This document shows, one piece after another, positions 1 to 15,997 of a stretch of DNA of 64,000 nt; positions within the stretch are counted from its first letter, which is position 1; each line of letters begins with the position of its first letter. Source of the DNA: the human T2T-CHM13v2.0 reference genome, Homo sapiens. The stretch lies in NCBI RefSeq assembly GCF_009914755.1, contig NC_060945.1, one strand, 5' to 3'. The position numbers and the translations under genes are program-made. The notes beneath the pieces were generated by a model. It was not told where the DNA came from. It did no database searches and saw only the letters and a program-made list of their open reading frames with translations.

Positions 1-183
1 TGGACAGCAACCTTCTTGCTTGTCCTCACATGGCAGAGAGGGGGAGAGACAGAGACAGAGACATCTCTTCTTTTTATAAAACCACCAATTCTATCAGATT
101 AGGATTCCCCCCTTATGGCCTCCTTTAACCTTAATTAGCTCCTAATGAGTGAACTGGGGGCAACACAATTCAGTCCATAGCAA
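1..183 (-). mobile_element. MaLR (MLT1/MST-type) LTR fragment
   Basis: tgtcctcacatggcagagag...tttaaccttaatt...caattcagtccatagca resembles the reverse complement of a MaLR LTR. Confidence 0.65.
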
Positions 184-439
184 CAACCCTGAGAGATGGG
201 ACTCTGATCCCCTGTTCTGCACTTGAAGCCGGTGGTCAGAGGAGTTGAGCCATTTGCCTGAGGACACCATGGACAGCGGCAGGGCCAGGATTCAGGCTCA
301 GCTAATACAAGGCTTGCACTCCAGCTACTCTGAATTTTGAGGGATGCAACCACCTCCCCACTCTGATCCTGAGTTGTCTAAATTAGCTTTCCTCCATCTC
401 TTTCTATCCTTTTATGTGATTGTCACTCCCAGAAACCAC

Positions 440-600
440 AGGATAGAGATATTCGTTTAGTGACTATCTCTCCTGCTAGTGGCTCAGCTCCACAGGGTCA
501 GGTGCCTTGTCATCTTATTTTGTGTGGTATCCCTGTATCTAGGATGCGGTGCTGGTACAGAACAGGTGCACAGTCAGTAGTTAAGGAACAACTGAATGAT
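440..600 (+). mobile_element. L2 3' end fragment
   Basis: gctccacagggtcagg...gtatccctgtatctagg...gctggtacagaacaggtgcacagtcagtag resembles the L2 terminus. Confidence 0.55.
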
Positions 601-1639
601 GACTGCTGATATGGGCTTATGAGCTTTTTCCTGTGCTTTATTGTCATCCAATATTTGCTATTTATAAGATGTCCATTTTTTTAAAATGTAAGGACTTGAT
701 GAGCTGTTATTTGATTTTATTGAGGGGTGTTTGGTGACATTTATCTTAGCAAACCATGACCACGCCTCCATATAATGTCCAAGAGAAAGAGTCTCTAAAT
801 GCACTGTGTTGGATGTTAGCTAAATGAAATCACCACAAGAAGCTCGTGACTCAAATCACAGAGGCTCACAAAGCCCTAGTAGAACAGGTGCCTCTGGGCT
901 TGCCTGTGGGTTTTCTTGGTGTGTCTATGTCGCTGTCTGGGTGGCCACTCTAGAGGTGGGAAGCATGCAGTGCATGCTCAGGGGTCTGCAGGCCAGTGTG
1001 CCACAGAGGTGCATATGGACATCAGGCTGGGTCATTTCGACCCAAACAGGCAGTGGCCACCAGCCAATGTCACACAGTGCTGAGCTCCATCCTCACTGCT
1101 GCTGGAGAGAGGTGCCCAGACAACTCTCAGTCGCATCCCCGGCCCCACTGTGGGGATGTGACCCACGGGATGAGCTGGGGTCTCTAGGCACCCCCAAAGC
1201 AGGAGCAGCTGGGAGCCAAGAGTGTGAGCAGGGCAGTTTCCAGCCCAAACCACCCAAATAGGCGGCAAATGGAGTGAATCCAAAAGTACATTTCCCAGGT
1301 CAGGCTGCAAGTAGCTTTGACACAGTAGTGCAGTCCAGTGTACATGGGGACAAGGAGAAGAGAAACCAAAATCGAGAGGTTTGTCCCCTGATATTAAAGC
1401 ACAGAGGTTGGCAGAAGGGACAGGAGGATGTCCAAGGGTCCCTGGTGAAGCATCTCCTGGGGTCATCTGAATGATCTGTGAGATGGTTTCCCCAACATTG
1501 AAAAAGCTTCTTAGGTATGTTTGAATTTACTGTCATTTCAATAATACAGACTTACTCCCCGAATTCATTCTAGAATCAAGATCATGACTCTAAGGAAGCT
1601 CATAGAAAAACATTGGAAATTAGAGAAATGGAAAAGGAG

Positions 1640-2348
1640 TGGTGTGTGTGTGTGCATGTGTGTGTGCATGTGTGCATGTGCGTCTGTGAGCATGTGCATG
1701 TGTATGTGTGCACGTGTGTGTGCATAGGTGTCTATGCGTGTGCGTGTGTGCATGTGTGCATGTGTGTATGCGTCTGTGTGCGTGTGTCTGTATCTGTGTG
1801 CATGTGTCTCTGTGTGTGCATGTGTGCGTCTGTATGTATGCATGTGTGTTTTTGTGTGTGCATGTGTATATGTGTGTGCATGTGTGTTTCTATGTGTACA
1901 TGTGTGTACATGCGTATCTGTGTGTGCATGGGTTTGCAGGTGTGCCTGTGTGTGCATGCATGTGTATCTGTGTGCATGTGTGCATGCGTATGTGCACGTA
2001 TGTGTGCATGTGTGTGCATACGTGTATCTGCATGTGCATATGTTTGCGTGTGTGTGCATGTATGTGTATCTCTGTGCATATGTGTATCTCTGTGTGCATG
2101 TATGTATGTGTGTTGCATGTGTGTGCATGTGTCTGTATGCTTGTGCGTGTGTGCCGTCATGTGTGTGCATGTGTATCTGTGCATGTGTGTATCTGTGTGT
2201 GCGTGTATGCCTGTATGTGTATCTGTGTGTGTGTTTGTGTGTGTGTATCTGTATGTGTGCCTGCATGTGTGTGTGTGGGTGCGTGTGTGTACGCATGCAT
2301 GTGTGTGCATGCATATGTGCGTGTGTATCTGTGTGTGTAAGTGTGTGT
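1640..2348. repeat. Degenerate (TG)n/TGCA alternating purine-pyrimidine array, about 700 bp
   Basis: Continuous gtgtgcatgtgt-type units. Explains the VC/HT-rich ORFs. Confidence 0.95.
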
Positions 2349-4296
2349 TGGAAGTTCTTAGCAAAGCAGTGTAATAGCTGGCTCAGCATGAGCCATTGTC
2401 CCCTGGCAGATTGTGCCCAAGGGGACTTATGTATTTAGACAGTCTTGCATGAGAATATGACCTCTCCTATTCCACATAATTACTGTTTCATTGACATCTG
2501 GCTTTGGGTGTTTACCTCATATGTGCCTGCAGGCATGCCTTTTGTGGCCTAATATTTCCGTCACTGCCCCTGCCCCCTTGGGACAGTGACAGATATGTCA
2601 TCAGCCTCTGGCAGGCCCTGCTGTGGGCTTCTGGGGCGCAGGGGTAAGGAAGCTGGGCAGAAGGGACAGGCTTGCAGCCTGGGATGTCCTGTTTTGGGAG
2701 GCATAATTGTTTCATAAGGGAGGAACTCTAGGGCCACAGATAAGCTTATACTGAAAGAGAAACACAAAAACACGCTCCAGAGTCAGAGCTATGTGATTCC
2801 CCCACCAGGGAGAATCACTGGAAATCAGCACCACCTTGTCACGGAGATATGGATTCGGATGTGTTCCCACGGTCTCCAATCTCTAGTTCCATGATAGAAG
2901 GTTTCTGTCACACCCCTAAGTGCTGTCAGACCAGCACTTGGTATGCTTTGTGCTTTCTTCTGGACAACTCTCGGGCCCTGACTGCTGCCTCGATCCTCTC
3001 AACAGCAATAGGGCCCCAACAGGGGGAACGCTCGCCATGGCCTCTGGGTGTCTTATCTGGACACGAATGAGCTGGAGCGTGCATTTGCCCCAAGTCAGGA
3101 TCTAAGGGTGGAAAGGAGCCTTAAAGGCCATAGGTCCCCCTTCAGAGGCTCCCATGGGCATGCAACAGCTGATCAAATTAAAGTCATTCACTCCAGCTGG
3201 GGATGAACCAAGGCTAAATTTAGAACAATGCCAGCAGAAACACAGTGTGAAGATTCTGTTCAATCACAAGGAAAACTTTGTTTTTCCAGAATACGGAATA
3301 GGAAAAGGAGCCACAAAAGTATAAAGTAGTCCAAGTGATTCTAGAGAACAGTTGACATTCCCTTAGTGTAAAGCCTGGGACCATGGAGAGAGCCCTGGCC
3401 TGAGCTTGGGGTCCTAGCCAAGTGGTGGCTTTGCACAAGTGACTTGGCTACAACAAGAGGGGTTGGACCAGCTCATCACTAAGATTCCAGCTGACCAACA
3501 TCTGGTGAGTTTGTATCTTCAAACTAGTTGATTCAGATGACTAGGAAGCCTTGTTCCCATGGACTTGCCAAGCATTGCCCATATTGTCCATCTCTGGTGG
3601 CTGCATCTCAGCAGAGTTGATGCAGACTTGCCTTAAAGAGCGCTCACTTAGCAGGAGGCAGGCCTAGGCCAAGAGGCACCTGGAGTCTTATGGGAGAGAA
3701 GCTCTCCTGGCAGGAGAACCCAGACACCCACCTCCCAGGAGAAGAGGAGAGGGAAAAAAAGGGAGCTGATTTATGGAGCCCCATCCCCGGGCGCCAAGCT
3801 GAGTGCTTAAATCCACAATTCCCTCCTTTTATGCACTCAGCAAATATTTTCATAATGCCCACTCTGTGCCAGGGATGGCACTGGGGATTTGGCAAAGAGC
3901 AAGATGGTTCCAGCCCCTGCCCTCAGGAAGCTTGCATTCTAGGTGGAGAGAAAGGATGGCACCCACTCAGCGAGTGAGTGACGATTGTAAGTTGGGCTGT
4001 GAAGAAAACATTCAAGATACTCTGAGACTAAATGACAGGGGACCTGGCTAGGCTAAGGCAGGGGGAGGTATCTAGTAGTGCTGGATGAAGAGGGAGGAAA
4101 GAACTTTCCAGGCTAACAGAAGAGCACATGCAGAAAAACCAGGGTGTGCAGGTATCTGATGTGTCACGAGTGAGGAATGGCAGGCTAGAGCGGGGAGCAG
4201 AGAGGAAGCGGAAGTTCTCGGGAGTTGAACTTGGGGAGGGTGACAAGGGCCAGGTCATAGCCGGCTTCCTAGGCTGTGGTCAAGAGTTGACTTTTA

Positions 4297-4671
<375 letters not shown>

Positions 4672-4774
4672 GCTTAGGAGAGGGAAGAGGCCATCTATAA
4701 GTTTTAAGTCAGGCAGTGATGTGACCCAATGTGTGTTTCTTAAAGATTATAGAGGCCATGCAGGAAAGATGGTT

Positions 4775-4890
4775 TATATATGGTCTGTGGTCGCTTTTGC
4801 ACTACAATAGCAGAGCTGTTATATTTGCAACGGAGACCATATGGCCCATAAACCTGCAATAGTTCCTATCCGGCCATTCACTAGAAAAGG
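4775..4890. mobile_element. MER58-like hAT fragment
   Basis: gcttttgcactacaatagcagagctg...gagaccatatggccc...tatccggccattcactagaaaa. Confidence 0.6.
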
Positions 4891-5036
4891 CGGGCAAGAG
4901 AGGAGGATGGGGACCAGGTGCCTGCAGGGAAGATGGAGCAGAACAGTGTTTCATCCCTGGTTTTCAGATAATTTCACAAGGTTGAAAGACATCTTAATGA
5001 AAGTGAAAGTACAAGGCACTTACCAGGAGATATTCA

Positions 5037-5320
5037 CACCAGATGCCATGGCTCACACCTGTAATCCCAGCACTTGGGGAGGCCAAGGCAGGAGGATCAC
5101 TTTCAGCCAGGAGTTTAAGACCAGCCCGGGCAACAAAGTCAGACCTCATCTTTACAAAAAAATATAATAAAAAGTTAGCTAGGCATGGTAGTACATGCCT
5201 GTAGTCCCAGCTTCTAAGGAGGCTGAGGTGAGAAGATTGTTTGAGCCCAGGAATTCAAGGCTGCAGCAGGCTATGATTGTGCCACTGCACTCCAGCCTGG
5301 GTGACAAAGGGAGACTCTCT
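5037..5320 (+). mobile_element. Alu (J-type), ending in a (CT)n tract
   Basis: Diverged Alu dimer consensus. Confidence 0.9.
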
Positions 5321-5420
5321 CTCTCTCCCTCTCTCTCTCTCTATCTATCTATATGTATACACAATATATTTGCTGTCAAAGGATTATCATCAAGAGTCTA
5401 TAGAAAATATACACATCCTT

Positions 5421-5752
5421 GGACTAGGCACGGTGGCTCACGCCTGTAATCCCAGCACTTTGGGAAGCTGAGGCGGGCAGATCACCTGAGGTCAGGAGTT
5501 CAAGACCAGCCTGGCCAACATGGCAAACCCCGTCTCTACTAAAAATACAAAAATTAGCTGGTGTGATGGCATGCACCTGTAATCCCAGCTACTTGGGAGG
5601 CTGAGGCAGGAGAATCACTTGAACCTGGGGTGGGGGGCGGAGGTTGCAGTGAGCCAAGATCATGCCACTTACACTCCAGCCTGGGCAACTGAGCAAAACT
5701 CCGTCTCAAAAAAAAAAAAAAAAAAAAAAAGAAAGAAAGAAAGAAAAGAAAA
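5421..5752 (+). mobile_element. Alu (S-type)
   Basis: Full dimer with A tail, TSD agaaaatatacacatcctt. Confidence 0.95.
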
Positions 5753-5769
5753 AAGAAAATATACACATC

Positions 5770-6600
5770 CTTTATATGTAACTGGAAAAGCACAGGCAAC
5801 CCAGAAAAAAAATGGGTACATGACATGAGCCAGCATTTGGAGAAGAGGAAATACATAAGCATGTGAAGACAGGTACAGATCAGGGGAACACAAATCAAGA
5901 CCATCGTAAGGTACAATTCTATACCCATGTGATTAGAAAATAATGTAAAAGTCTATGTGAGCCAAGTGCTGGAGAAGATGAGGACTGACAGGATTTCTCA
6001 CACATTGCAGCCACTTTGAACACCGTGTTGGCAGTAGTTCTGAAAATTGAAACTCACGTGCCCTAAGTCCATCAGTTACCTCCTAGGGTAGTACCCAAGA
6101 GAAACGCTTGCAGGTGTTGACCAGGGACATTGACAAGAATGCTCACGATCATCCACAAAAGCAGAAACCTGGCAACAGCAGGAGAGCAGGCAAATAAACA
6201 GTTCCCGACCCACCAGCAGGAGAGTGGGTGAATAAACTACATTATAGCCAAGACAGTGAAATATTTTACAGCGATATGATATTAAATTAAAAAAAAACAC
6301 CAAGTCTCCAACACTACCTATAATATTATACCCTTTAAATAAAATTTTAGGAATACATAGAGACGGAAGATAAAACTATATAAAAAAGGAAACAGGGGAG
6401 TAAGGAGCTTGGAATTCAGGTGGTAGTCACCTTGAGGGGGAGGCAAGGGGATGGGGAAGCACAGGTTAGACACAGGTGTGGTCAAGGCCTCGCTCCTATA
6501 CGGGTGTGCATTCATAGCACTGGTGCTAATTACAGTATTAAAAAGTAATTCGTTAGACATAAAGTAGGGCTATGTATTGACCAATGAAGAGAATGTCTCA
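5770..6600 (+). mobile_element. Old L1M(E) 3' fragments
   Basis: Degraded L1 ORF2-end/3'UTR motifs (cagccactttgaa, ctcctagggtagtacccaagagaaa). Confidence 0.55.
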
Positions 6601-7436
6601 TGTCCTAAGGATTATGGGTAATTTAATTCAGTCCACCAGGAATCCTCAAAATATGAAAAAAGAGGTACAGTAGCAAGTCCATAGTTACCGGCTGTGGCAC
6701 CCTACTCCCTTCTTGGAACCTGAAACGTCCCCATTCGACTTCCTTCACTTATAGCTCAAGTCGCTGCTGGAATTGACTGCTGGAATTGATTGCTCTGCTG
6801 TGACCCTACTCTGTCTGCCCTGGGTACCCGGCCCCTCCCACGACACCACCACTGGGAGAGGAGGGGAGGGGGCCACGGATGACCATTGTACCTCAGAGGC
6901 TTGAGCTGGATGGAATTGTTTCTGTCCAGATCTGTCCCTGGCCTGACCATGGGTGGCTGGAAAAGACTATAAATGGATGGGATTCAGCTTCCTCACACTC
7001 AGCACTCCTTGAGGTCGGCAGCATCACTGGCAGTGGGGCTCAAAGTTTATATTTTCCAAGACAGAGAAGTTGAGTTGTGGCCCACCTTGAAAGCCCTAAC
7101 AGCATCACAGAAGGAGAGGGTTTGGAGAGGACAGTGGCTCAAAGATTTCGGGGGAGAGGAGGGCTGCAGGATGGGGAGGAAAGGAGGGAAATTCAAAGGG
7201 GAGGAAGATGAAAGTGAAGTCGGGAGAGATGAAGCTTTGATCTGCATATTACTTACAGTATACAGGCTTCCATCTGTATAATACTTACAATAATATAGTA
7301 AGTATTATAATACTTACAATAATATAATAAGCATTATAATACTTACAATAATATAGTTGTTATTATTGTAATATAGTTGTTACTATATTATTGTAAGTAT
7401 TATAATACTTACAATGATATAATATCATTATAGTAG

Positions 7437-7767
<331 letters not shown>

Positions 7768-7835
7768 AATACTTATTATATTATTAATATTTATAAATAA
7801 TATACATATTTATATTATTTATTTTAATATTTTTC

Positions 7836-8509
<674 letters not shown>

Positions 8510-8639
8510 TATTTATATTTACTTTTTAATCTGAAAAAGGACAGAATTAAGTTTTGCTAACATCTATTATATTATTACTTAGGTTCACATATATACTTCG
8601 TACATAAGTTAATTCTTCATGAGCTACTTCTACTACTAA

Positions 8640-8862
8640 CAATAGCAGCACTTTATTGAGCATTTACTATGTGTCAGGGAATATTCTAAGAGCTTTATAG
8701 GAATTAACTCATTTCACTGTAATGACTCTGTGATAGAAGATACTATATGCCCCATTTTACAGATGAGGAAACTAAGGCACAGAAAGGTTATGAAACTTGC
8801 CCAAAGTCACACAGCTACTGAGTGGCAGACCTGAGTTTGAACTCAGAGGAGTCTGGCTCCTG
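8640..8862 (-). mobile_element. MIR
   Basis: ccccattttacagatgaggaaactaaggcacagaaaggtta core. Confidence 0.85.
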
Positions 8863-9105
8863 AGCCCCTCTGCTGTGTGTTTTTCTCCTACACATACATA
8901 TATTGACTCCGTAGGCGCAAAAGCTTTTTTGAAAAAAAATGTCAGTGGGGATATATGATTATTTTGGCGTAGACAGTCTCAAAGATGCTGGACTGGCATT
9001 CTTCATTAGCCCCCTGCTTGGGCAGACATCTGTTTCTGTGGGACTTGGCACTGGTGGAGTCTGCCAGCTCCTCCCAGCTCCTGACATGTTCTCTTCCTCC
9101 TGCAG

Positions 9106-9482
9106 CCCACCCAGAGAGAGCTGCCCTGCTGTTCGTGTCCAGTGTCTGCATCGGCCTGGCCCTCACACTGTGCGCCCTGGTCATCAGAGAGTCCTGTGCC
9201 AAGGACTTCCGCGACTTGCAGCTGGGGAGGGAGCAGCTGGTGCCAGGAAGTGACAAGGTCGAGGAGGACAGCGAGGATGAAGAAGAGGAGGAGGACCCCT
9301 CTGAGTCTGATTTCCCAGGGGAACTGTCGGGGTTCTGTAGGACTTCATATCCTATATACAGTTCCATAGAAGCTGCAGAGCTCGCAGAAAGGATTGAGCG
9401 CAGGGAGCAAATCATTCAGGAAATATGGATGAACAGTGGTTTGGACACCTCGCTCCCAAGAAACATGGGCCAGTTCTACTGA
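9106..9482 (+). CDS. EVA1C: EVA1C terminal coding exon (TM helix, acidic tract, FAM176/eva-1 C-terminal motif)
   Basis: Acceptor ctcttcctcctgcag ends at 9105 (phase 1). Translation HPERAALLFVSSVCIGLALTLCALVIRES...AAELAERIERREQIIQEIWMNSGLDTSLPRNMGQFY* matches the recalled human EVA1C C-terminus. Stop TGA at 9480-9482. Confidence 0.96.
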
Positions 9483-9657
9483 AAACCACATGCATCTTGA
9501 TGCGATCGCACTTTCTGAAGAAGGAAGGATCCCAAATGCCCCTCCAGTTCTGGTTCACCTGTACCTTCTATGAAGGAGAATTCGTCATGTCATTCAACAC
9601 TCGTGAGGCCAGGAAGCTATTAAAGGGATGTTTCAAGCTGTTTCTAGCACATTCCAA

Positions 9658-9663
9658 AATAAA
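9658..9663 (+). terminator. EVA1C: EVA1C polyadenylation signal (3' UTR about 9483-9680)
   Basis: AATAAA at 9658-9663 followed about 15-40 nt later by a GT/T-rich element (gtctttgttttctgtatttctttg). Weaker ATTAAA at 9619-9624. Confidence 0.8.
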
Positions 9664-9954
9664 TGAGGAGGGAAGAGTCTTTGTTTTCTGTATTTCTTTG
9701 AATTTGTGTCTATACATTAATAAGTTATACATAATTAGAATTTACATTTGTTGAGCGCTTATAATGCCAGGCGCTATTCTAACTGCTTTTCATGTTCTGA
9801 GTCATTCAATCCTCACAATGTCATGAGCTGGTACTATTACCCCCATTTTACAGATGACTAAACAGAAGATTCCTATATATACACGTAAAACAGTTACACA
9901 GATACTCAGCAAACATGAGCTCATGAGTGATTTTAACCACTGACTTGTTTAGAC

Positions 9955-10765
9955 CAACGGTTAGCAAACTTTTTCTTAAAAGGCAAGATGATAGGCTGGG
10001 CACAGTGGCTCATGCCTGTAATCCCAGCACTTTGGGAGGCCAAGGCAGGTGGATCACTTGAGGTCAGGAGTTCGAGACCAGCCTAGCCAACACGGTGAAA
10101 CCCCATCTCTACCAAAAAAATAAAAAATTAGCTGGGTGTGGTAGTGTGCGCCTGTAATCCCAGCTACTTGGGAGGCTGAGGCAGGAGAAATCACTTGAAC
10201 CTAGGAGGCAGAGGTTGCAGTGAGCTGAGGTCGTGCCACTGCACTCCAGCCTGGGTGACAGAGTGAGAAACTGTCAAAAAAAAAAAAGCAAGATGATAAA
10301 TATTTTAGGCATTGTGGGTCAAATCCTCTCTGCCACAATTACTCGACTCTCCATTGCAGCTCAAAAGCAGCCACAGATATTACATAATGCATGAACTTGG
10401 CTGTATTCCAATAAAACGTTCTTTTTGGACACTGAATTTTAATTTCATTTTATTTTCACATGTTCCACGTTCTTCTTTTTTTTTTTTTTTTAAACCAGCC
10501 ATTTAAAAATGTAAAAGCCTGAGGCCAAGAGTTCGAGACTAGCCTGGGCAACATAGTAAGACCCTACCTCTATTTAATTAAAAAAAATTTAAATAAAAGT
10601 AAATAAATAAAAATGTAAAAAAACATTCTTAACTCAAAGGCTGTACAAAAACAGACAGCAGGATGGAGCTGGCCTGTAACCTGTTTTTGTAAATAAAGTA
10701 TGGTTTGCAAAACCTAAAATATTTACTTTCTTGCCCTCTATAGAAAAAAGTTTGCTGACTCCTGG
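9955..10765. mobile_element. MER58B-like hAT element with inserted AluS (9994-10287) and an Alu monomer fragment (~10518-10600)
   Basis: MER58 consensus blocks on both sides. Alu TSD gcaagatgata. Confidence 0.8.
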
Positions 10766-11419
10766 TTTAGAGTTTAAAACAGCAGAGCCCCTGGTGGTAA
10801 TAGCCATCAACCAGGGTACCTAACAGTGCTGTGGGCCAGGATCAAGTGGAGCTGGCTCCCAAATCTCTCCAAAAACAGGGTCCTACCCCACTTGGGGAGG
10901 GCTGGGTGGAGGAGCAGAAGAAAGAGTTCAGAAAACAGACCCCAGTGGGAGAACTTATTATTGGTTCCTGCAGACGGCTCTCCCTGGTAGACAGGAGGCT
11001 TATAGCTGTGGCATCAAATAAGAAAACATGTTTTTTTTCTTTTTTGTCCTAGTAATCCCAGGGGCTTAGAATATAAACATGATTGCATTTTTCATATGCC
11101 TATTACCAAAGAGCTCTCTCTCTGTTATCTTATTATCTTACTTCGTCATCACTAACCCTATAAACATATGTAGATGAGGAAGCTGAAGGCCGCCAGGGTA
11201 AGTATCGTCCAGCCCACGTCACACAGCTGGGAAGTGCTGGGACTGACTCATCCTGAGTGCTCAGGAAACATAGCTGTTCCCACAGGAACTCCTACAGTGA
11301 CAGGTATGGAGAAGGCATGTCTCTCTCAGTCTTGCAGACCATAAGGGTGAAGGGCCTATCTGCAGGATGCAGAGGAGGGTGGGTGTGGAGTGAGGAGGCT
11401 CAGCTGCCACTCTGGCATT

Positions 11420-11890
11420 CATTTTTAGTAAGTTGAAATCCACATAATGTAAAATTAACTCTCTCAATGACGTTTAGTCCATTTGCAATGTTGTGCAAAC
11501 ACCACCTCTATCTAGTTCCAAAACATTTCATCACCCCAAAAGAAAACTCTCTGCCCGTTAAGCAGTCACTCCCCATTCCTCCCTCCCTCCAGCCCCTGGA
11601 AAACACCAATTTGCTTTCTGTCACTATGGATTAGCCTGTTCTGGATAGTTCATGTAGATGGGATCACACAACATGTAGTCTCTTGTGACTGCCTCATTTC
11701 ACTTAACATAACGTCCTCAAGATCCATCTATGTTGTAGCAAGTGTAGCATGTGTTCATTCCTTTTCAGGGCTGAATAATATTCCATTGTACGGCTAGCCC
11801 ACAGTTTGTTTATCCAGCCATCAGCTGGTGGACATTTGGCTGGTTCCTTTGGCCACTGTGAATAGTGCTGCTGTGAACGTTCATGTGTGG
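11420..11890 (-). mobile_element. L1M(B) 3' fragment
   Basis: gctgaataatattccattgta...gtgaatagtgctgctgtgaacgttcatgtg. Confidence 0.8.
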
Positions 11891-12205
11891 CATTTCACCA
11901 GCACAAAGCAGCAACTACAGACAGAGCTGGTGGGAAATCCTGTGTGTCCACTCAGTGGAAGGAAGGGGAAAGTCAAGATGGGTCAGAATGGCACCCCCTC
12001 TTCTACCCTCCACACCTGCCAATTTCAAAGCAAGCTTCCCTTACACAGGCCCCCTGCAGGTGGGAGAGCAGGGATTGGCCAAGAGAGGTGTCATACAGAT
12101 GGGCTGGGGGTGGTTTGGGTGGAGATTGAAATTCCTCAGGATTTCCAGGTACCGGAATTTCTCCCATAGGGAGAAATTGAAGGGGTTGAGGATGATGTGT
12201 TTTAA

Positions 12206-13027
<822 letters not shown>

Positions 13028-13059
13028 TTAAATCTGTCATTGGAGAGAAATCTATCTAT

Positions 13060-13358
<299 letters not shown>

Positions 13359-13745
13359 TGGAGAGAAATCTATTCCAGATCATATCAGAGAATGCAGTGA
13401 ATTCCATTGTCCAACTATTTCATAACGATTTTGTTCTAATCAAAGAGAATCTTTGTCCTTTCATGTCCCTGAGTTCAGCAAGGAGCATTTTGATAATGTC
13501 CCAGCTCCCAGAGCAGCTGTCTGTCTCTATTTCCAGTTTGAAGGCAGCATCTTCCCTGTCCCCATGAACACAAATGCTGTCCAGCTGGTGGCTGATGACC
13601 GTCTGCTTGGGGCTGCAGATGTTCACGTTACCAGTTGAAGAAAGAGCTGTGCCCATATTGGCCTCAGTCACATGGTTTTCTTGGATTCCACAATGGGTTT
13701 TCGCTTATCTGAATTTCCCCCCATTAGCCCCCAGCATGCATGCTT

Positions 13746-13752
13746 ACACACA

Positions 13753-13791
<39 letters not shown>
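13746..13791. repeat. (CA)n microsatellite
   Basis: Directly visible. Confidence 0.95.
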
Positions 13792-13794
<3 letters not shown>

Positions 13795-15169
13795 CCCAGG
13801 ATCCCTACAGAGGCAGCTGGTCAACAGGCTTGCCAACTCGAGGGTCAGTCTTTGGCCTGTGCAGATACAGTGAGATATTTCTTTGCATTTTCAGAGCCCC
13901 AAAGAAGAATGCCATGTTCTTGTTGTGGAAGGAGGCTGAAGGGTCCTGCTGAGATTGTGTTTGGCTTGGCACAAAGTCCAGCGGGAAAATGACCAGAGCA
14001 GATTTGGATGAGAGACTGCTGATGGACTGTGGTGGCTGGGAGGAAGCTGCTGGGAGGAAGCTCCCGGGTGGAAGTCCTCCCAGGGACCACGGGCTCATAT
14101 GGGCTGCCACTTCTTGCTTTTGTGCTTTCTGGGCAGCAGAGCCCCCACAGTTTCCAAGCTGTGGGGTCTCAGGAGCCCTGTGAAAAGAAGCCAGTTCCCT
14201 CTGGGAGGTTCGCACGTCCCTAGCTCGGCTACTTGCTGCTAATGCTGACTTTCCATCCATGAGCTGCCTGCTGTGAAATTCTACTCTTCTGGATACACCG
14301 GGCTTGTCTGAGGGGCTGCTGGGGCTTGTAGCAGCCATGACATTTGCTGCTGCTTCAGGGAGAAGCCCAGGGACCAAGCAAACCCAGGGACCATGCAGGC
14401 TCTGGGGAGCCTAGAGGCAGTCCCACTGCTGACCCCACAAATGGGACCATGTGTGATGTTGGTGCCCCGTTCCCAGGCACCCAGCCTCCAGCTGCTGAGA
14501 GGAGTGGTTGTGAATGGCCCACACCTGTCCTCTTCTACAGAGAATTACTCCTCCCCGCTTTCCTACAGGTGTTTCCTCGGAGAGCACTCCCTCAATAAAT
14601 CTCTCGTGCACAAATCTCCATCTCAGGAAACTGACTTACAGCATCCAATGTGAGAGGTCTGTGGACCAGGGAGTGTGCCAGCCCCTGCTGAGCCACAGTG
14701 CTGGGCGGCATCACCTGCAATGTCAGTGGGTGGGAGCCAGGCCCAAAGGAACATCAGCAACCCTCCCCACTAGCTTGTGGTGTTGGGAAAAGTCAGGCAC
14801 TCATACATCTGGCATCTGGGGAGTCTTGGAAAGAAGTGCCCACAAGATCCCCCTTCCAGTCTCCCCCCAGCCTTCTCCATGAGTCCCTGGAAACCAGTTA
14901 CTGCTCCAGGAACCAAAGCCCAGTGCCAGGCAGTCAAGGGAACCAAGCCAGCCTCTCCTCCAACTCCCTGGGTCTCGGCGCTGCTCCCCAAATCCCCACA
15001 TGTCCAGTGGGACCTCCTGAGAAGCACCACTGCCCTGAAAGCTTCCACCCCACTTCCTGCCTGTCACCCTGGACCCCTGGACCACTGACGTCAACCAGAC
15101 TAGACACGACTCTGCTTCAGCCCTGGACTCGGGGTTTCCTCGTTCACTGTGTCACTCTTGTCTCCCAGC

Positions 15170-15310
15170 TTCTGCTCTGACTTGGTCCTAGCTCAGTCTT
15201 GGGGTGACTTATCTGTGCCTCAGTTTCCTCATCTGTAAAATGGGCATAATAATGAAATCTACTTCCTAGTGGTGTTGAGAGTCACGGTGCTTTACACATA
15301 GTGACAACAA
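15170..15310 (+). mobile_element. MIR
   Basis: tctgtgcctcagtttcctcatctgtaaaatggg core. Confidence 0.85.
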
Positions 15311-15997
15311 TACATTTCAGCTTTGATCATCGATGATTTCTTTCCCGTGAGAGGCAGCATCCAGCATCCCGTGTGGCCGAGGTTGCACCATTTAGACCAC
15401 ACTAAGGGCATTTCGCAAAACTCAAAAGCATTATAAGAATGAGTCATTGAGGGAGATAACAAGCCAGCCTCCTTCAGCCCTGCTATAGAGACGAGTTTGT
15501 GGAGGAGAAATAATTGCATCTGCAGAGCTCAGAGGAAAAGTGTCAAGGCCTGAACTTCCTTGGATTCTGCAGCCAAGTTCATTGTCAAGTCTCTGGCACA
15601 TGGACTTAAGCTGTGCTCAGTTTTGGCAGGGTAGTTGTAACCCGGAACTATGGTCATTTGGTTTTAAAAACCTGTTGTAAGCCTGAGCACCAGTGTGGAG
15701 TTGGCTAAACCCCACTCCAAGACTGGATGGTAGCCTTGGAGATTAAATCCTAAATACTCCAACAAATGCTCTGTGAACTGGAAGCCTCACTGGTCCATAG
15801 CTAAAGAGAAGGCAGGAAAGAGCCACGATAACCATCAGCCCATGAGGGAGGATTCAGGAAGCCAACTAAGGATCCGGGACTACTACGTCATTTTTAGGAA
15901 TTTCAAATCAACAGTCGCCTCCTCTGGGTGTGGCACAGCGCCAGGCTCCCTGGAGAATGAATGAGAGTAGCTAATTGCAGTTGCTGTCAGTTCTGGG

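Noticed and set aside
1565-2438. Long ORFs (210-274 aa) rich in VC/HT, likewise 27035-28180
   Set aside because: Translations of TG/CA simple repeats, which lack stop codons
8985-9105. 5' extension of the EVA1C ORF, and antisense ORF 8942-9415
   Set aside because: Intronic read-through upstream of the acceptor, and the antisense shadow of the exon
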